Below, piece after piece: positions 1-11,554 of a stretch of DNA of 64,000 nt (position 1 is the stretch's first letter; every line of letters begins with the position of its first letter). Below the pieces are notes generated by a model, which was not told the DNA's origin, did not search any database, and worked only from the letters and a program-made list of their open reading frames with translations. The DNA is from Narcine bancroftii (lineage: Eukaryota): assembly GCF_036971445.1 (NCBI RefSeq), contig NC_091476.1, positions 20,708,001-20,772,000 of the forward strand. Direction: 5' to 3'. A program made the translations under genes and the position numbers.

Positions 1-671
1 CATCGATAACACTCCACGTCATGTCTCGACGTATATCTTGGCTGGTTATGCGATAGCCTCTTAACTTGCTGGCTTGAGTTGTCCTTCAGGGTCATGGTAT
101 GAAATTGCCCCTCAACAGCCTCTAATGCAGCAGCAATGGCTAAAGCATCGGTGAGCTTCAACTCACTCCCTTTTTCCAGCAGACGTCTCCTGAGCTTGTC
201 TGATCTGCAGTGCTGCACGACTTGATCCAATAATTGGTTGTCCAAATCAGCTGCCATGTAATTGCATCCAACAGCCAGTTGGCGCAATCTCGTCACATAC
301 TGAGCAATTGTTTGTCCATCTTCTTGTTTCGTTCTCCGAAACAAATGGCGTTGAAATGTAGCATTTGGTGTCACTACATAGTGTGCATTCAATGCATCGA
401 CCGCTTTCCAGTATTCATCCTTCCTACCTGTATTCAAAAGGGTCTTAAAAGTTTCCCGAACTGCGGGTCCTGCAGTGAAAAGAAGTAACGCCCTTCTCTG
501 CGCTTTTTGTTCCACCATATCGCTATCGAGAAATAGGCCACGACTGTCGGCGTAGGCTTCAAATTCTTCCAGCCATGCCTTCCACTTCACACTTACAGTG
601 CTTGCATCACCAGTCGGGTCAAAATGAGGAACACCTCGAAGTGTTAAAAAATTAGCTTCTGTGCCTGCCAT
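1..671 (-). CDS. Gypsy Gag, open from ATG 671 to window edge
   Basis: MAGTEANF...KWKAWLEEFEAY...LLLFTAG...FQRHLFRRTKQEDGQTIAQYVTRLRQLA...KLRRRLLEK...VECYRC (start of a CCHC knuckle). No stop in 223 codons; absent from the ORF track because it runs off the edge. Confidence 0.88.
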   Translation of the reverse strand, partial: MAGTEANFLTLRGVPHFDPTGDASTVSVKWKAWLEEFEAYADSRGLFLDSDMVEQKAQRRALLLFTAGPAVRETFKTLLNTGRKDEYWKAVDALNAHYVVTPNATFQRHLFRRTKQEDGQTIAQYVTRLRQLAVGCNYMAADLDNQLLDQVVQHCRSDKLRRRLLEKGSELKLTDALAIAAALEAVEGQFHTMTLKDNSSQQVKRLSHNQPRYTSRHDVECYR

Positions 672-754
672 GAGGAAACTTTTTTCAGCCCAAAGCCACC
701 GAATCAAAAATCGAAATTCTTATCACATTTAAGTTCCAAAATGTTGTTGTTTTA

Positions 755-767
755 ATCCTCGTCGCCA
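755..767 (-). promoter_or_regulatory. primer binding site TGGCGACGAGGAT, tRNA-Ser(GCU) type
   Basis: 1 nt after the LTR terminal CA; complementary to the recalled tRNA-Ser(GCU) 3' end ATCCTCGTCGCCA. Confidence 0.8.
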
Positions 768-1624
768 ATGTCACATTTGTGGCCCGAAATGTGAAGTTAG
801 TAACACTAATAACGCAAGTTTTACCAGTTAAACATCTCCGTGTCTTTATTCTCCAGCTTTCATTGTTCCTCCATTTCGTGCTCTTCTCTGTGTCTCATAC
901 CACGTGACTTCCGGACAGGTGAATACATCTCATGCATATTCATTATCATGACAACCCCATTCACCAACTACCTCAAAAACTCCCACTGCCTTGGAAAAGC
1001 CAACCAACCATTAAAACTCTCGTTCAAAGTAACGCATCTTTCTTGCTGCACTATGCCCAATATGCCTAACTGTCTGGTCATAAAATAATCTCTGCATCTT
1101 GGTACATGTGACAATAAACTTGAACCATCATCACCATACTCTGGCTAAAATGTACATCATCTGTGAAATATATTGCAATTACTTGCCTAGACTACTGCAA
1201 CAGCAATTAAAAACTTTTAACTCTAGTATAAAGGACAAGGTTAACAAGTACATGGGAACACCATCTATACCTACAAGCTCCCTTTCAAGTCCTGATGGGG
1301 AAATCCATATTAATTATTAAAAATACACAGGTTGGGTGGAAGAATATCTTTTTAGAATCAGAACTGGTAGAGAGAAACCTGTGTGCATCTAATCAATATG
1401 CATCTCATTTTGTTAATAAACGACAAAGAAGAAGAACCAAGGAGACCAGGAACTGCAGTCGGGTCTCCATGTCAAGAAATTGAAAACAATATGTTTCAAT
1501 GGGAAGCATACAAAGCTACATTTATCCCATCAGTAATATTGCAAATATCTTTAACAGAGCACATAAAAGGAATCAGTAACATTGGAACAGTAACATTCAG
1601 AAATCAAAGTTACAAGGAAGTTAC

Positions 1625-1678
1625 CTTAGGCTTTTATCATCAGCTTCCGAAGTAGATGACACCAGGCAAATTAAACTT
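1625..1678 (-). CDS. TEX11: probable TEX11 exon (R)SLICLVSSTSEADDKSL
   Basis: ttttaagcag|A...AG|gtaact; 54 nt; phase 2 matches the preceding exon; only weak protein similarity. Confidence 0.6.
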
Positions 1679-2154
1679 CTGCTTAAAATAAATTGTGGAA
1701 AAACATGGAATGATTTATTTCAGCATATAAAAAAATGGCCTACACTCAAAGATGGTGTTAAGCCTTGGAATAAGGGGTAAACCATTTAACAGAAAGTTTC
1801 ATATCTCAGAGAATTAGGAATCTTAAAAATTCTCTTATAGAAAGCTGTGAACCCTGAAACAGAATATATTCAAGTCCAAAACAAATACGAGTTTTGGTCT
1901 TTAGAGGTTATGAGAACAGGAAATAAAGAATCAAAAAGCACTAATACACATTATCAAAAAATTCATGTGTACCTTTAAGAAGACTCTACAGGTTTATTAG
2001 CCAGCACACCTATGTCTTGTTATCAAGAGCTGTATGATTCAGTGCTGTGCAACATTTATGAAATACCATGTATGTAGATCAGAGGCTAGGTCTTGAAGAG
2101 GGAATGGTCTAGTGATCAAGATTTCAGAGGCACTTGGGCCCAAAACGTGAAATT

Positions 2155-2501
2155 ACCTCCTTTTCCACTGGCACCTTGTCCCAGGAATTAACTGGGAATT
2201 TACTGGGGCAGGGTCCAGTGGAAGAGGAACAATGTCCAAATGCTGGCGCCAAATGACATCATTACATGCCAGGGCGTTTGCTGGCACTGGTGTGCAGTTA
2301 AAACCAATGGAAAGGGACAGCAGAAAGTTACCACCTGTTTCCAGTTGAAGGTAGAACACTCCGATCCCCAGGGATGAGTTGTGTTCAGTGGAAAAGCAAT
2401 TAGTGTCCCAGTTCAGGGTGGCCCAGTGGAAACGGCACAAAGGGCTTCCTATCCCGGAACACTGCACAGCCAATTAACTGGGATGCCAGTGGAAAAGGGG
2501 C
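2155..2501. mobile_element. non-autonomous DNA transposon (MITE), PIF/Harbinger-like
   Basis: TIRs ccttttccactggcacc / gatgccagtggaaaagg with several internal cagtggaa motifs; TSD unclear; superfamily inferred. Confidence 0.6.
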
Positions 2502-3164
2502 TATTGATTGATGCCTTGGAAGATTCCTGGAGTTTGGAATTTGAGAGATGACGTCAATCAGTCATGAAAGACAAGTTTGTTAGGTGGGAAAAAAGCAATC
2601 TGCTGGTGGGGTACAAATTTTGGGGCATGGGTTAAAATAATGGCATCTCTAAGAGGAATCCCACTTTAAATAGCATAACTTTAGGTAAAGTAGCACTTTG
2701 AGAACATTGATTAGTGACCAAAAACTGATATCCTACAGAACCACATGGGGGAAGAGACATAGGATAGGAAATATCATGCCCTACAAATTTGGCATAATTT
2801 CATGAATGATTCAAGAGCGACATTTAAATGAAAATAGTTGCAATTGCAATTACTAAAGTGTAATTTCAAGACATGCTTCGTTCAATTGAACTGCAATACC
2901 TGACTGATTTTCCAAGCCCATGTACTGTCTCTGCAGACTAATTCCTCAGATGGAAAGCATCAAGTGAAGACCAATTTGACTACTCAAAAATCCTGCAAAA
3001 TGATCTCCAGGATACTGCAGTTGGTCTCAGTACAGAGGCTGCTCAATTCCAATTGATACACTTTGTAGTGGAGGTGAGGTTTGTGTGAATAATGCTGGAT
3101 AATTCAGATGAACTCCCTGTTTCCTTCAAAAGTCATACCATTTGAATATTTTATGTTCAGAGAG

Positions 3165-5104
3165 TCAGAGTTCCACAGAACAGAATGAGGCCCATCTTAT
3201 TCACACAGACCAAGCCAGTCCCATTTCCCTGCCATCAGCCTATATCTCTGGAAACCTTTCCTCTCCATATACCTGCCTAATTTTTTTTCTGAACAATTAA
3301 TCCCTGTCCTACTACTTTCTATGGTAGCTATTCCACATACCCACCACCCTCTGTGTGAAGAAGGTGCCATAAGAACATAAGAAATAGAAGCAGGAACAGT
3401 GCATCTAGCCTGTTATGCCCAGTCCACCATTTAATAAGATCAAGATTGAACCAGCTATGGACTCAGCTCTATCTAGGTGCCTTTTTACCCTTAACCTTCA
3501 ATTCCCCTACTATGCTAAAATCTATGTCTTAAAAGTACAAATGAGGCATCTTATACTTCTTGCATGGGCTCAGAATTCCACAGGTTCCCTTCTCTCTGGA
3601 AAAAACATTCCTCATCTCCACTCTAAATCTACCCCGAATCTTGAGGCTACATTGCCTAGTTGTCGTCCCACCTACATGGAAACTAATTCCCTCCCCCCCT
3701 CATTCTTCTGAATTCTAGTGACTACATCTCTCCTCATAGATACGCCCCTCATGTCTAGAATCAACCTGGTTCCACTGAACTTCTAAAAGCTAGTATATCC
3801 TTTCTGAAGAAAGGAGACCAAAATTACCATGATACTTCAGGTGCAGCCTCACCAGTACCCTGTACAGTTGTGAACTTCCCAACTCAAGTTCAATGAAGGC
3901 AACATTCCATTTACCTTCTTGATTACTGGTACCTACAGTTTTTTTTTGAGATTCATGCACAAGCTCTCTGCATGATCTTTCACCATTTAAATAATAATCT
4001 GATCTACGATATTTCCTTCCAGAGGATAACCTGCATTTACCAAACATTAAGCTACATCTTACCACTCAGCAGTCCATCCTCTCCATCATTTGCTGTTCTA
4101 CTCAATTTAGTGTTATCAGGAAACCTAGATACACCACACATGGTCCCCTTTCCAAAATTGTTAATTTATACAGTGAATGGTTGTGGGCTGAGCACTGACT
4201 CCATGGCACTCACTCACCATATACTGTCAAGTAGGGTTCTTTTTCTTATCTTCCAAAGGGCCAACATTCATTTAAGCCACCCTTTTCCACTTTAAATAAT
4301 GTACTATATTTTTATATTTTGTGTTAATTTAATTTTATAATCTCTTTCCTTTTCTTTATTGCTTGCTTAGTGGTTCTTCACTGCTTTTTAATGCTTTCCC
4401 AATCTTCAAGTTTCTCACTACTCTTGAGGTTTTAAGTTAAAGTCTTCCATTATTTCCTTAGCTATTCAAGGCTGGCTCTCCCCACCTTCATGTCCTTCCT
4501 TTCAACTTCTGTTAGGCACTGAAAAATCTCTGGAAAAACTATTCCACTGTTCCTCAACAGTTCCATCATAGAACCCATACCCTAGTCTATGCAAGCCAAC
4601 TCCTCCCTCATCTTGCTGTCATCTCCCTTGTTTAGGCATAAATTATTGGATTTAGATCACTGTTTCACCCTCCATTCGTACTGTGATCAATTCTTACTGA
4701 AAGGATTGGTAAATATCAGACCATGACATTTACTGAACTTTACTGTTTACTTGGAGGTTCAGTGCCTCGAGTCCCTTTTAGAAATCTTTCCCCCTCACCT
4801 ATTTGCTCCTCATGATCTTACTAACCTGTTAGATACCCCCTTAACATGGGAAGAAAAGTCCCTGTCTGTCCAGCATCTTATGATTCGTCTTTCAGTCTTG
4901 TGAAAATTCTTGTGAACCTTCACTACATCCTCTCCAGCTGAATGATATCCTTCCAATAGCTAGTTGACCAAAACTGTGCACAATGTACCATGCAGTTTCA
5001 CCATCTTATACCATCATGTACACTCCATGACCAATGAAAGCAGTTCCTCGATTTACCATCTTCACCACCCCATCTACCTGCATCACCACTTTCATAGAAC
5101 TATG
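3165..5104 (-). mobile_element. cluster of decayed CR1 LINE 3' fragments
   Basis: CR1-type tail (cataagaacataagaaatag) and ORF2 C-terminal remnant LYRVLVRLHLKY in ORF 3790..4065; boundaries approximate. Confidence 0.7.
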
Positions 5105-5106
5105 TA

Positions 5107-6781
5107 CAGGTATATAATCTTTTATCGAAACCCCTGGGACAGACACTTTTTGGAATTTTTCAGATATTAGAATAGTAACATCAGTACATTAGGTAACTGC
5201 TTTGATTTCAGATTTGTGCAAAACAAAGACATACTCCAAATAGAATAGTCTCTGAACGGGGTGGGGGGTGGGGTGGGGTGGATAAATGAGCATAAAGATA
5301 GTCCATAAAATTACTTTTTATATTTAAGTAATACAGTAAAATTTCAAACATAAACTTGCTCAAACTAAGCTAAACACCTGAAAATCTGGTGACCATCCTC
5401 TTCAGTTGGAGTCTTTTTTTTTATGATCAAGCTTCAGCAAAAACTCTACTTTCTGCCCGACCGATAACAACAGATGCCTCTTTTTTGCCTCTTTCAAACA
5501 ATTATCACCTAAATTTAATCTTTCCAAGAGGCATTTGTTTAGATATGAACAAATTAGACATTTTGTTCAATCTAAATTTTCAGATTTTCAGCAAATTTCC
5601 AATACTAATATTCTTGATCAGTTTTTTAATTTATGGTTTTATTTTCATGGTTGATCATACAATAATTTATTGGATTTAAATTCAGTTCCTATGACTGGGA
5701 TGAAGAACAATATTTGAACTTAACATTTTCAGATGAAGCTTAATGATTCCACATTCTGTGCAAGACATTGCGTATTTAAGGTGGTTCATAGAACTTAATG
5801 TGCAACTCCAAACTTAAATAATCTCTCTTTTATGTTGACATTGATTCGTTATGTGAGAAATGTAAAATTTTTGAACCTTCTCTGATCCTTATATTTTGGG
5901 AGTGCCCAAATTTAGAGATAATGTGGAATCTTACCTGTTAATTGCTTTGTTTGGTTTTTCTCGTGATCCAGATAAACTTACATTGGCATCTCAGGAAAAA
6001 GTTTTAGCTTTTACCACGTTAATAGCCAAACGAGCAATCTTATTGAAATGGAAAGATGATTCACCCCTACTTGTACACAATGGTTATATGATGTAATGCC
6101 CTATTTAAGTTTAGAGAAAACTAAATATTAAAGATAGAAAGTTTCAATTTATGAAAATGTGGGACCCATTCTAAGAATTTTTTTATAATTGGAAGAATTA
6201 ACAATTATTGTATGTTCCATTGCCTGTTCTACAGTGGTCGCTAGTGATTCCACATTATAGATTTTTAAAAATTAATTTAAAGGTAACCTTGGTTAGAGGG
6301 AGGGGTTAGATTAGATTTAGTTTTTAGTATTGTTTCTTTTTTTCTCCTTTATTTTCTTTATTATTTAAATAAATGGGTTTAATATGGTTGCATAGATCAT
6401 TTCAATTAAATGTTTGATACACTATAAGCAATTATTGATGTAGCTTTATCCACTCTTTTCATCATCGGCTTTTTTTTTAAATGTGTGCTGACTTGTATAC
6501 AAATTAATTATTATGTAATTATGCTTATATGTTAAACGCAATAAAAATATTTTAAAAAGATAATGACAAGCTTCCTTTTCTGCTTCTCTGTTACTGAAAG
6601 AGGACTCTACAGGTCTTTTTGACATTTTCACAGTCTTCAAAGTCCATGGGCAGCAGAGAAATGTCAGACTGGTAGGAGCACTGAGACGCAGTGATTAATG
6701 GGGGTGGGTGGCGCCAAACGCGAGCTTTGATGTGCAGGAGGCTTCAGTTTTCAGAATTTTGGATAAAAGATTATGTACCTG
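5107..6781. mobile_element. Tc1/mariner (pogo/Tigger-like) MITE interrupted by an L1 fragment
   Basis: TA|CAGGTATATAATCTTTTATC ... GATAAAAGATTATGTACCTG|TA; 19/20 TIR match with TA TSD. Confidence 0.8.
5440..6560 (+). mobile_element. 5'-truncated L1-clade 3' fragment
   Basis: ORF2 C-terminus LAFTTLIAKRAILLKWK, G-rich 3' UTR, AATAAA and A-rich tail near 6540-6559; left edge approximate. Confidence 0.75.
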
Positions 6782-7229
6782 TATAACCCAAGTTGAACCA
6801 TAAAGATGAAAGTTGTATTAACTAGGTATTTTACTGAATATGATGTTGAGCAAATGGCACAAGGAACAAGATATACTGATTATTTAAAATCAGGTCATTT
6901 TTAACAAATACAAACAACTTGAAGTTTCTATCAACTGCAGATGACCAAGTGAATACCAAATTTTCATATTCTGTTGGTACTTCTGCATATTAGAGAGCAA
7001 TATGTAGACAGCTAATTAGTGAAAACTTCCTGGTGATAATTGGCATCTTGGAAGATTCTCCAATCTGTTAACTCTGAACTGTACAAGGGTAAAAAAAAAG
7101 ACAAACTGTACAATGAAGTTAAAATCGAGTGCAAGCACGGAATTAAGGTGTATAATATCACCAAGTTCAAGTTGCATAGGAAATTCAGTTTTGGATATTT
7201 ACTGTACCAATTTAATACCAGTTTCATAC

Positions 7230-7315
7230 CGGAGAGCTGTGAATAATTGAATACTGTCTTGGGAATGTTCACATAAATATTCAAAAGCTTTTCTAGCAGC
7301 ATCCTCCTGGCCATT
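7230..7315 (-). CDS. TEX11: TEX11 exon NGQEDAARKAFEYLCEHSQDSIQLFTAL(R)
   Basis: ttttcag|AAT...CG|gtatga; 86 nt; NGQ...A.KA.EYL..HS.D motif. Confidence 0.92.
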
Positions 7316-7389
7316 CTGAAAATTAAGGAGTGCAAGTATCATTAATCTTAAAATATCACATCACAGGATGCATTTCAACTCTCATTTTT

Positions 7390-7445
7390 CTAAGAGCCGT
7401 GAATAATCAAGTACAGTATTAGGAATGTTTACATAAATACTCAAA
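7390..7445 (-). pseudogene. decayed partial duplicate of TEX11 exon 7230-7315
   Basis: Ungapped 45/56 nt identity to 7230-7285; reads FEYLCKHS*YCT*LFTAL; no GT donor. Confidence 0.8.
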
Positions 7446-7734
7446 TATTGCATCCAATAAAAGGAACAAATATTTAGTTAACTCAGGATTAAACACACCA
7501 TTGATACAGCAGGATTGCTTTGTCAATTTTTCACTCTGAGGTGTTAATGCCGCTCTTATTGGCTTTTGTCCATCAATCGGATATATCCAATCCCTTATGA
7601 AAAATTAGCCTGCGTTTCAGATGAATTTTTTTATTTAAATCATTCACTATAATATTTACAATGTCAATATAAGGTTTAGAGCCATTCAAAAGTATTCACT
7701 TTAATCAATGCCATAACAGAAACCTTAATACTGT

Positions 7735-9356
7735 CTTCTTTCTTTGGCTTGGCTTCGCGGACGAAGATTTATGGAGGGGGTAAAAGTCCACGTCAGCTGC
7801 AGGCTCGTTTGTGGCTGACAAGTCCAATGCGGGACAGGCAGACACGGTTGCAGCGGTTGCAAGGGAAAATTGGTTGGTTGGGGTTTTTCCTCCTTTGCCT
7901 TTTGTCAGTGAGGTGGGCTCTGCGGTCTTCTTCAAAGGAGGTTTCTGCCCGCCAAACTGTGAGGCGCCAAGATGCACGGTTTGAGGCGATATCAGCCCAC
8001 TGGCAGTGGTCAACATGCCAGGCACCAAGAGATTTCTTTAGGCAGTCCTTGTACCTTTTCTTTGGTGCACCTCTGTCACGGTGGCCAGTGGAGAGCTCAC
8101 CGTATAACACGATCTTGGGAAGGCGATGGTCCTCCATTCTGGAGACGTGACCCACCCAGCGCAGCTGGATCTTCAACAGCATGGACTCGATGCTGTTGAC
8201 CTCTGCCACTCGAGTACTTCGACTTTAGGGATGAAAGCGCTCCAATGAATGTTGAGGATGGAGCGGAGACAACGCTGGTGGAAGTGTTCTAGGAGCCGTA
8301 GGTGATGCCGGTAGAGGACCCATGATTCGGAGCCGAACAGGAGTATGGGTATGACAACGGCTCTGTATACGCTTATCTTTGGGAGGTTTTTCAGTTGGTT
8401 GTTTTTCCAGACTCTTTTGTGTAGTCTTCCAAAGGCATTATTTGCCTTGGCGAGTCTGTTGTCTATCTCGTTGTCGATCCTTGCATCCGATGAAATGGTG
8501 CAGCCGAGATAGGTAAACTGGTTGACCGTTTTGAGTTTTGTGTGCCCGATGGAGATGTGGGGGGGCTGGTAGTCATGGTGGGGAGCTGGCTGATGGAGGA
8601 CCTCAGTTTTCTTCAGGCTGACTTCCAGGCCAAACATTTTGGCAGTTTCCGCAAAGCAGGACATCAAGCGCTGAAGAGCTGGCTCTGAATGGGCAACTAA
8701 AGCGGCATCGTCTGCAAAGAGTAGTTCACGGACAAGTTTCTCTTGTGTCTTGGTGTGAGCTTGCAGGCGCCTCAGATTGAAGAGACTGCCATCCGTGCAG
8801 TACCGGATGTAAAAAGCGTCTTCATTGTTGAGGTCTTTCATGGCTTGGTTCAGCATCATGCTGAAGAAGATTGAAAAGAGGGTTGGTGCGAGAACTCAGC
8901 CTTGCTTCATGCCATTGTTAATGGAGAAGGGTTCAGAGAGCTCATTGCTGTATCTGACCCGACCTTGTTGGTTTTCGTGCAGTTGGATAATCATGTTGAA
9001 GAACTTTGGGGGGCACCCGATGCGCTCTAGTATTTGCCAAAGCCCTTTCCTGCTCACGGTGTCGAAGGCTTTGGTGTGGTCAACCTTCACTTCAAGCCAA
9101 AGCCCAGGAACAGTAAAGCCCCGAGAAAGAGGTTCAATGTTGGAAACCTGCAGTCAGACGAAGCGAGAGGAAACTTCCAGGCAAACCTAAAAGCAAAGCT
9201 CGATGATGCAATCCGCCTCATGGACCCGTCCCCTGAAACCCTCTGGGATCAGTTGAAGACTACCATACTGCAATCCACTGAAGAGGTACTGGGCTTCTCC
9301 TCCAGGAAAAACAAGGACTGGTTCGACGAAAACAGCCAGGAAATCCAGAAGCTGCA
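7735..9356 (-). mobile_element. RTE-clade LINE, 5'-truncated with inverted 5' segment (about 9080-9356 on + strand)
   Basis: RT motifs TKAFD, KQG, LFADD; C-terminal CNRC...SHKRAC; GAA-rich tail; frameshifted; + strand segment encodes EN-RT linker LWDQLK...DWFDEN. Confidence 0.93.
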
Positions 9357-9491
9357 TCAACAGGTAACTAATCAGTATAAACTATTAATTAGAAATGAAT
9401 TTGATCTTCAATTCAGAATACATTTACAAATGGAAGGAAAATGTCTAAGAGCACACACCATCTTGGTACAACTTTTCTGGTGGGTTTAATC

Positions 9492-11193
9492 TCTTTTTTT
9501 TCTTCTTTGGTTTGGCTTCGCGGACGAATATTTATGGAGGGGTAATGTTCACGTCAGCTGCAGGCTCGTTTGTGCTGACAAGTCCGATGCGGGACAGGCA
9601 GACACGGTTGCAGCGGTTGCAAGGGAAAATTGGTTGGTTGGGGTTGGGTGTTGGGTTTTTCCTCCTTTGTCTTTTGTCAGTGAGGTGGGCTCTGCGGTCT
9701 TCTTCAAAGGAGGTTGCTGCCCGCCGAACTGTGAGGTGCCAAGATGCACGGTTTGAGGCGATATCAACCCACTGGCGGTGGTCAATGTGGCAGGCACCAA
9801 GAGATTTCTTTAGACAGTCCTTGTACCTCTTCTTTGGTGCACTCTGTCTCGGTGGCCAGTGGAGAGCTTGCCATATAACACGATCTTGGGAAGGTGATGG
9901 TCCTCCATTCTGGAGACGTGATCTACCCAGCGCAGTTGGATCTTCAGCAGCGTGGATTCGATGCTGTCAGCCTCTACCATCTCGATTACTTCGATGTTAG
10001 AGATGAAGTCGCTCCAATGAATGTTGAGGATAGAGCGGAGACAACGCTGGTGGAAGTGTTCTAGGAGCTGTAGGTGATGCCGGTAGAGGACCCACGATTT
10101 GGAGCCGAACAGGAGTGTGGATATGACAACGGCTCTGTATAAGCTAATCTTTGTGAGGTTTTTCAGTTGGTTGTTTTTCCAGACTCTTTTGTGTAGTCTT
10201 CCAAAGGCATTATTTGCCTTGGCGAGTCTGTTGTCTATCTCGTTGTCGATCCTTGCATCCGATGAAATGGTGCAGCCGAGATAGGTAAACTGGTTGACCG
10301 TTTTGAGTTTTGTGTGCCCGATGGAGATGTGGGGGGCTGGTAGTCATGGTGGGGAGCTGGCTGATGGAGGACTTCAGTTTTCTTCAGGCTGACTTCCAGG
10401 CCAAACTTTTCGGCAGTTTCCGCAAAACAGGACGTCAAGCGCTGAAGAGCTGGCTCTGAATGGGCAACTAAAGCGGCATCGTCTGCAAAGAGTAGTTCAC
10501 GGACAAGTTTCTCTTGTGTCTTGATGTGAGCTTGCAGGCACCTCAGATTGAAGAGACTGCCATCCGTGCAGTACCGAATGTAAACAGCGTCTTCATTGTT
10601 GAGGTCTTTCATAGCTTGTTTCAGCATCATGCTGAAGAAGATTAAAAAGAGGGTTGGTGCGAGAACGCAGCCTTGCTTCACGCCATTGTTAATGGAGAAG
10701 GGTTCAGAGAGCTCATTGCTGTATCTGATCCGACCTTGTTGGTTTTCGTGCAGTTGGATAACCATGTTGAGGAACTTTGGGGGGCATCCGAGGCGCTCTA
10801 TTATTTGCCAAAGTCCTTTCCTACTCACGGTGTTGAACGCTTTGGTGAGGTCAACAAAGGTGACATAGAGTCCTTTGTTTTGTTCTCTGCACTTTTCTTG
10901 GAGCTGTCTGAGGGCAAAGACCATGTCAGTAGTTTCTCTGTTTGCGTGAAAGCCGCACTGTGATTCTGGGAGAACATTTTCGGCGACACTAGGTATTATT
11001 CTATTTAGGAGAATCCTAGCGAAGATTTTGCCTGCAATGGAGAGCAGCGTGATTCCCCTGTAGTTTGAGCAGTCTGATTTCTCGCCTTTGTTTTTGTACA
11101 GGGTGATGATGATGGCATCACGAAGGTACTGAGGCAGCTTTCCTTGGTCCCAGCAGAGCTTGAAAAACTCATGCAGTTTGGCATGCAGAGTTT
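9492..11193 (-). mobile_element. RTE-clade LINE, 5'-truncated
   Basis: ORF 10235..10924 FVDLTKAF...GVKQGCVLAP...LFADD; nearly identical to the neighbouring RTE copy. Confidence 0.95.
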
Positions 11194-11554
11194 AGACTCA
11201 AAGGAAAAATGCCAACAAAAAATTAAAAACAGAAGTTCTTATTTTAGTGAATTCAGAGAAATACCATACAGTATTTTCTACTCCCCTTTATTTATAGCCA
11301 CTGTTTGCCCATTGCTCTCTTGAAGTAAAAATAGTCAAAATAAATTGAGCATGACAACTACCCCTGGAAAACATAAAATCCAAATTTTCAGGCAGGCCCA
11401 TGATGCACAAATACACTCCTAAAAGATTGCTAAATTTTCTGAAGCAAACATTATTCATTAAACCAATGATTCAATATAAGCTCATTTTAGCATGGGACTG
11501 CAAAGAAAGTATGATGCAGAAACATGCCACTTGTCCCAACCATTCCATTACCGT

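Larger units (their letters stand above)
1..953 (-). mobile_element. Gypsy LTR retrotransposon 5' end (5' LTR 769-953, PBS, gag), continues beyond window start
   Basis: LTR with TGTCA...TGACA termini and AATAAA (845-850), then PBS, then open gag. Confidence 0.9.

Noticed and set aside
1187-1222. Possible next TEX11 exon with a GC donor
   Set aside because: The phase required by the 1625 exon gives a stop codon and there is no recognisable similarity.
7705-8209. Overlapping antisense and alternative-frame ORFs repeated at each RTE copy (MASRTKIYGG…, MVPATLTT…)
   Set aside because: Shadow frames of the GC-rich RTE 3' end; they recur because the copies are nearly identical.
9034-9489. Independent plus-strand gene (151-aa ORF)
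   Set aside because: Chimera of antisense RT, the inverted RTE linker and flanking DNA.
11270-11325. Possible TEX11 exon reading SNGQTVAINK on the minus strand
   Set aside because: Hits a stop within 13 codons; the true NGQ exon is at 7230-7315.
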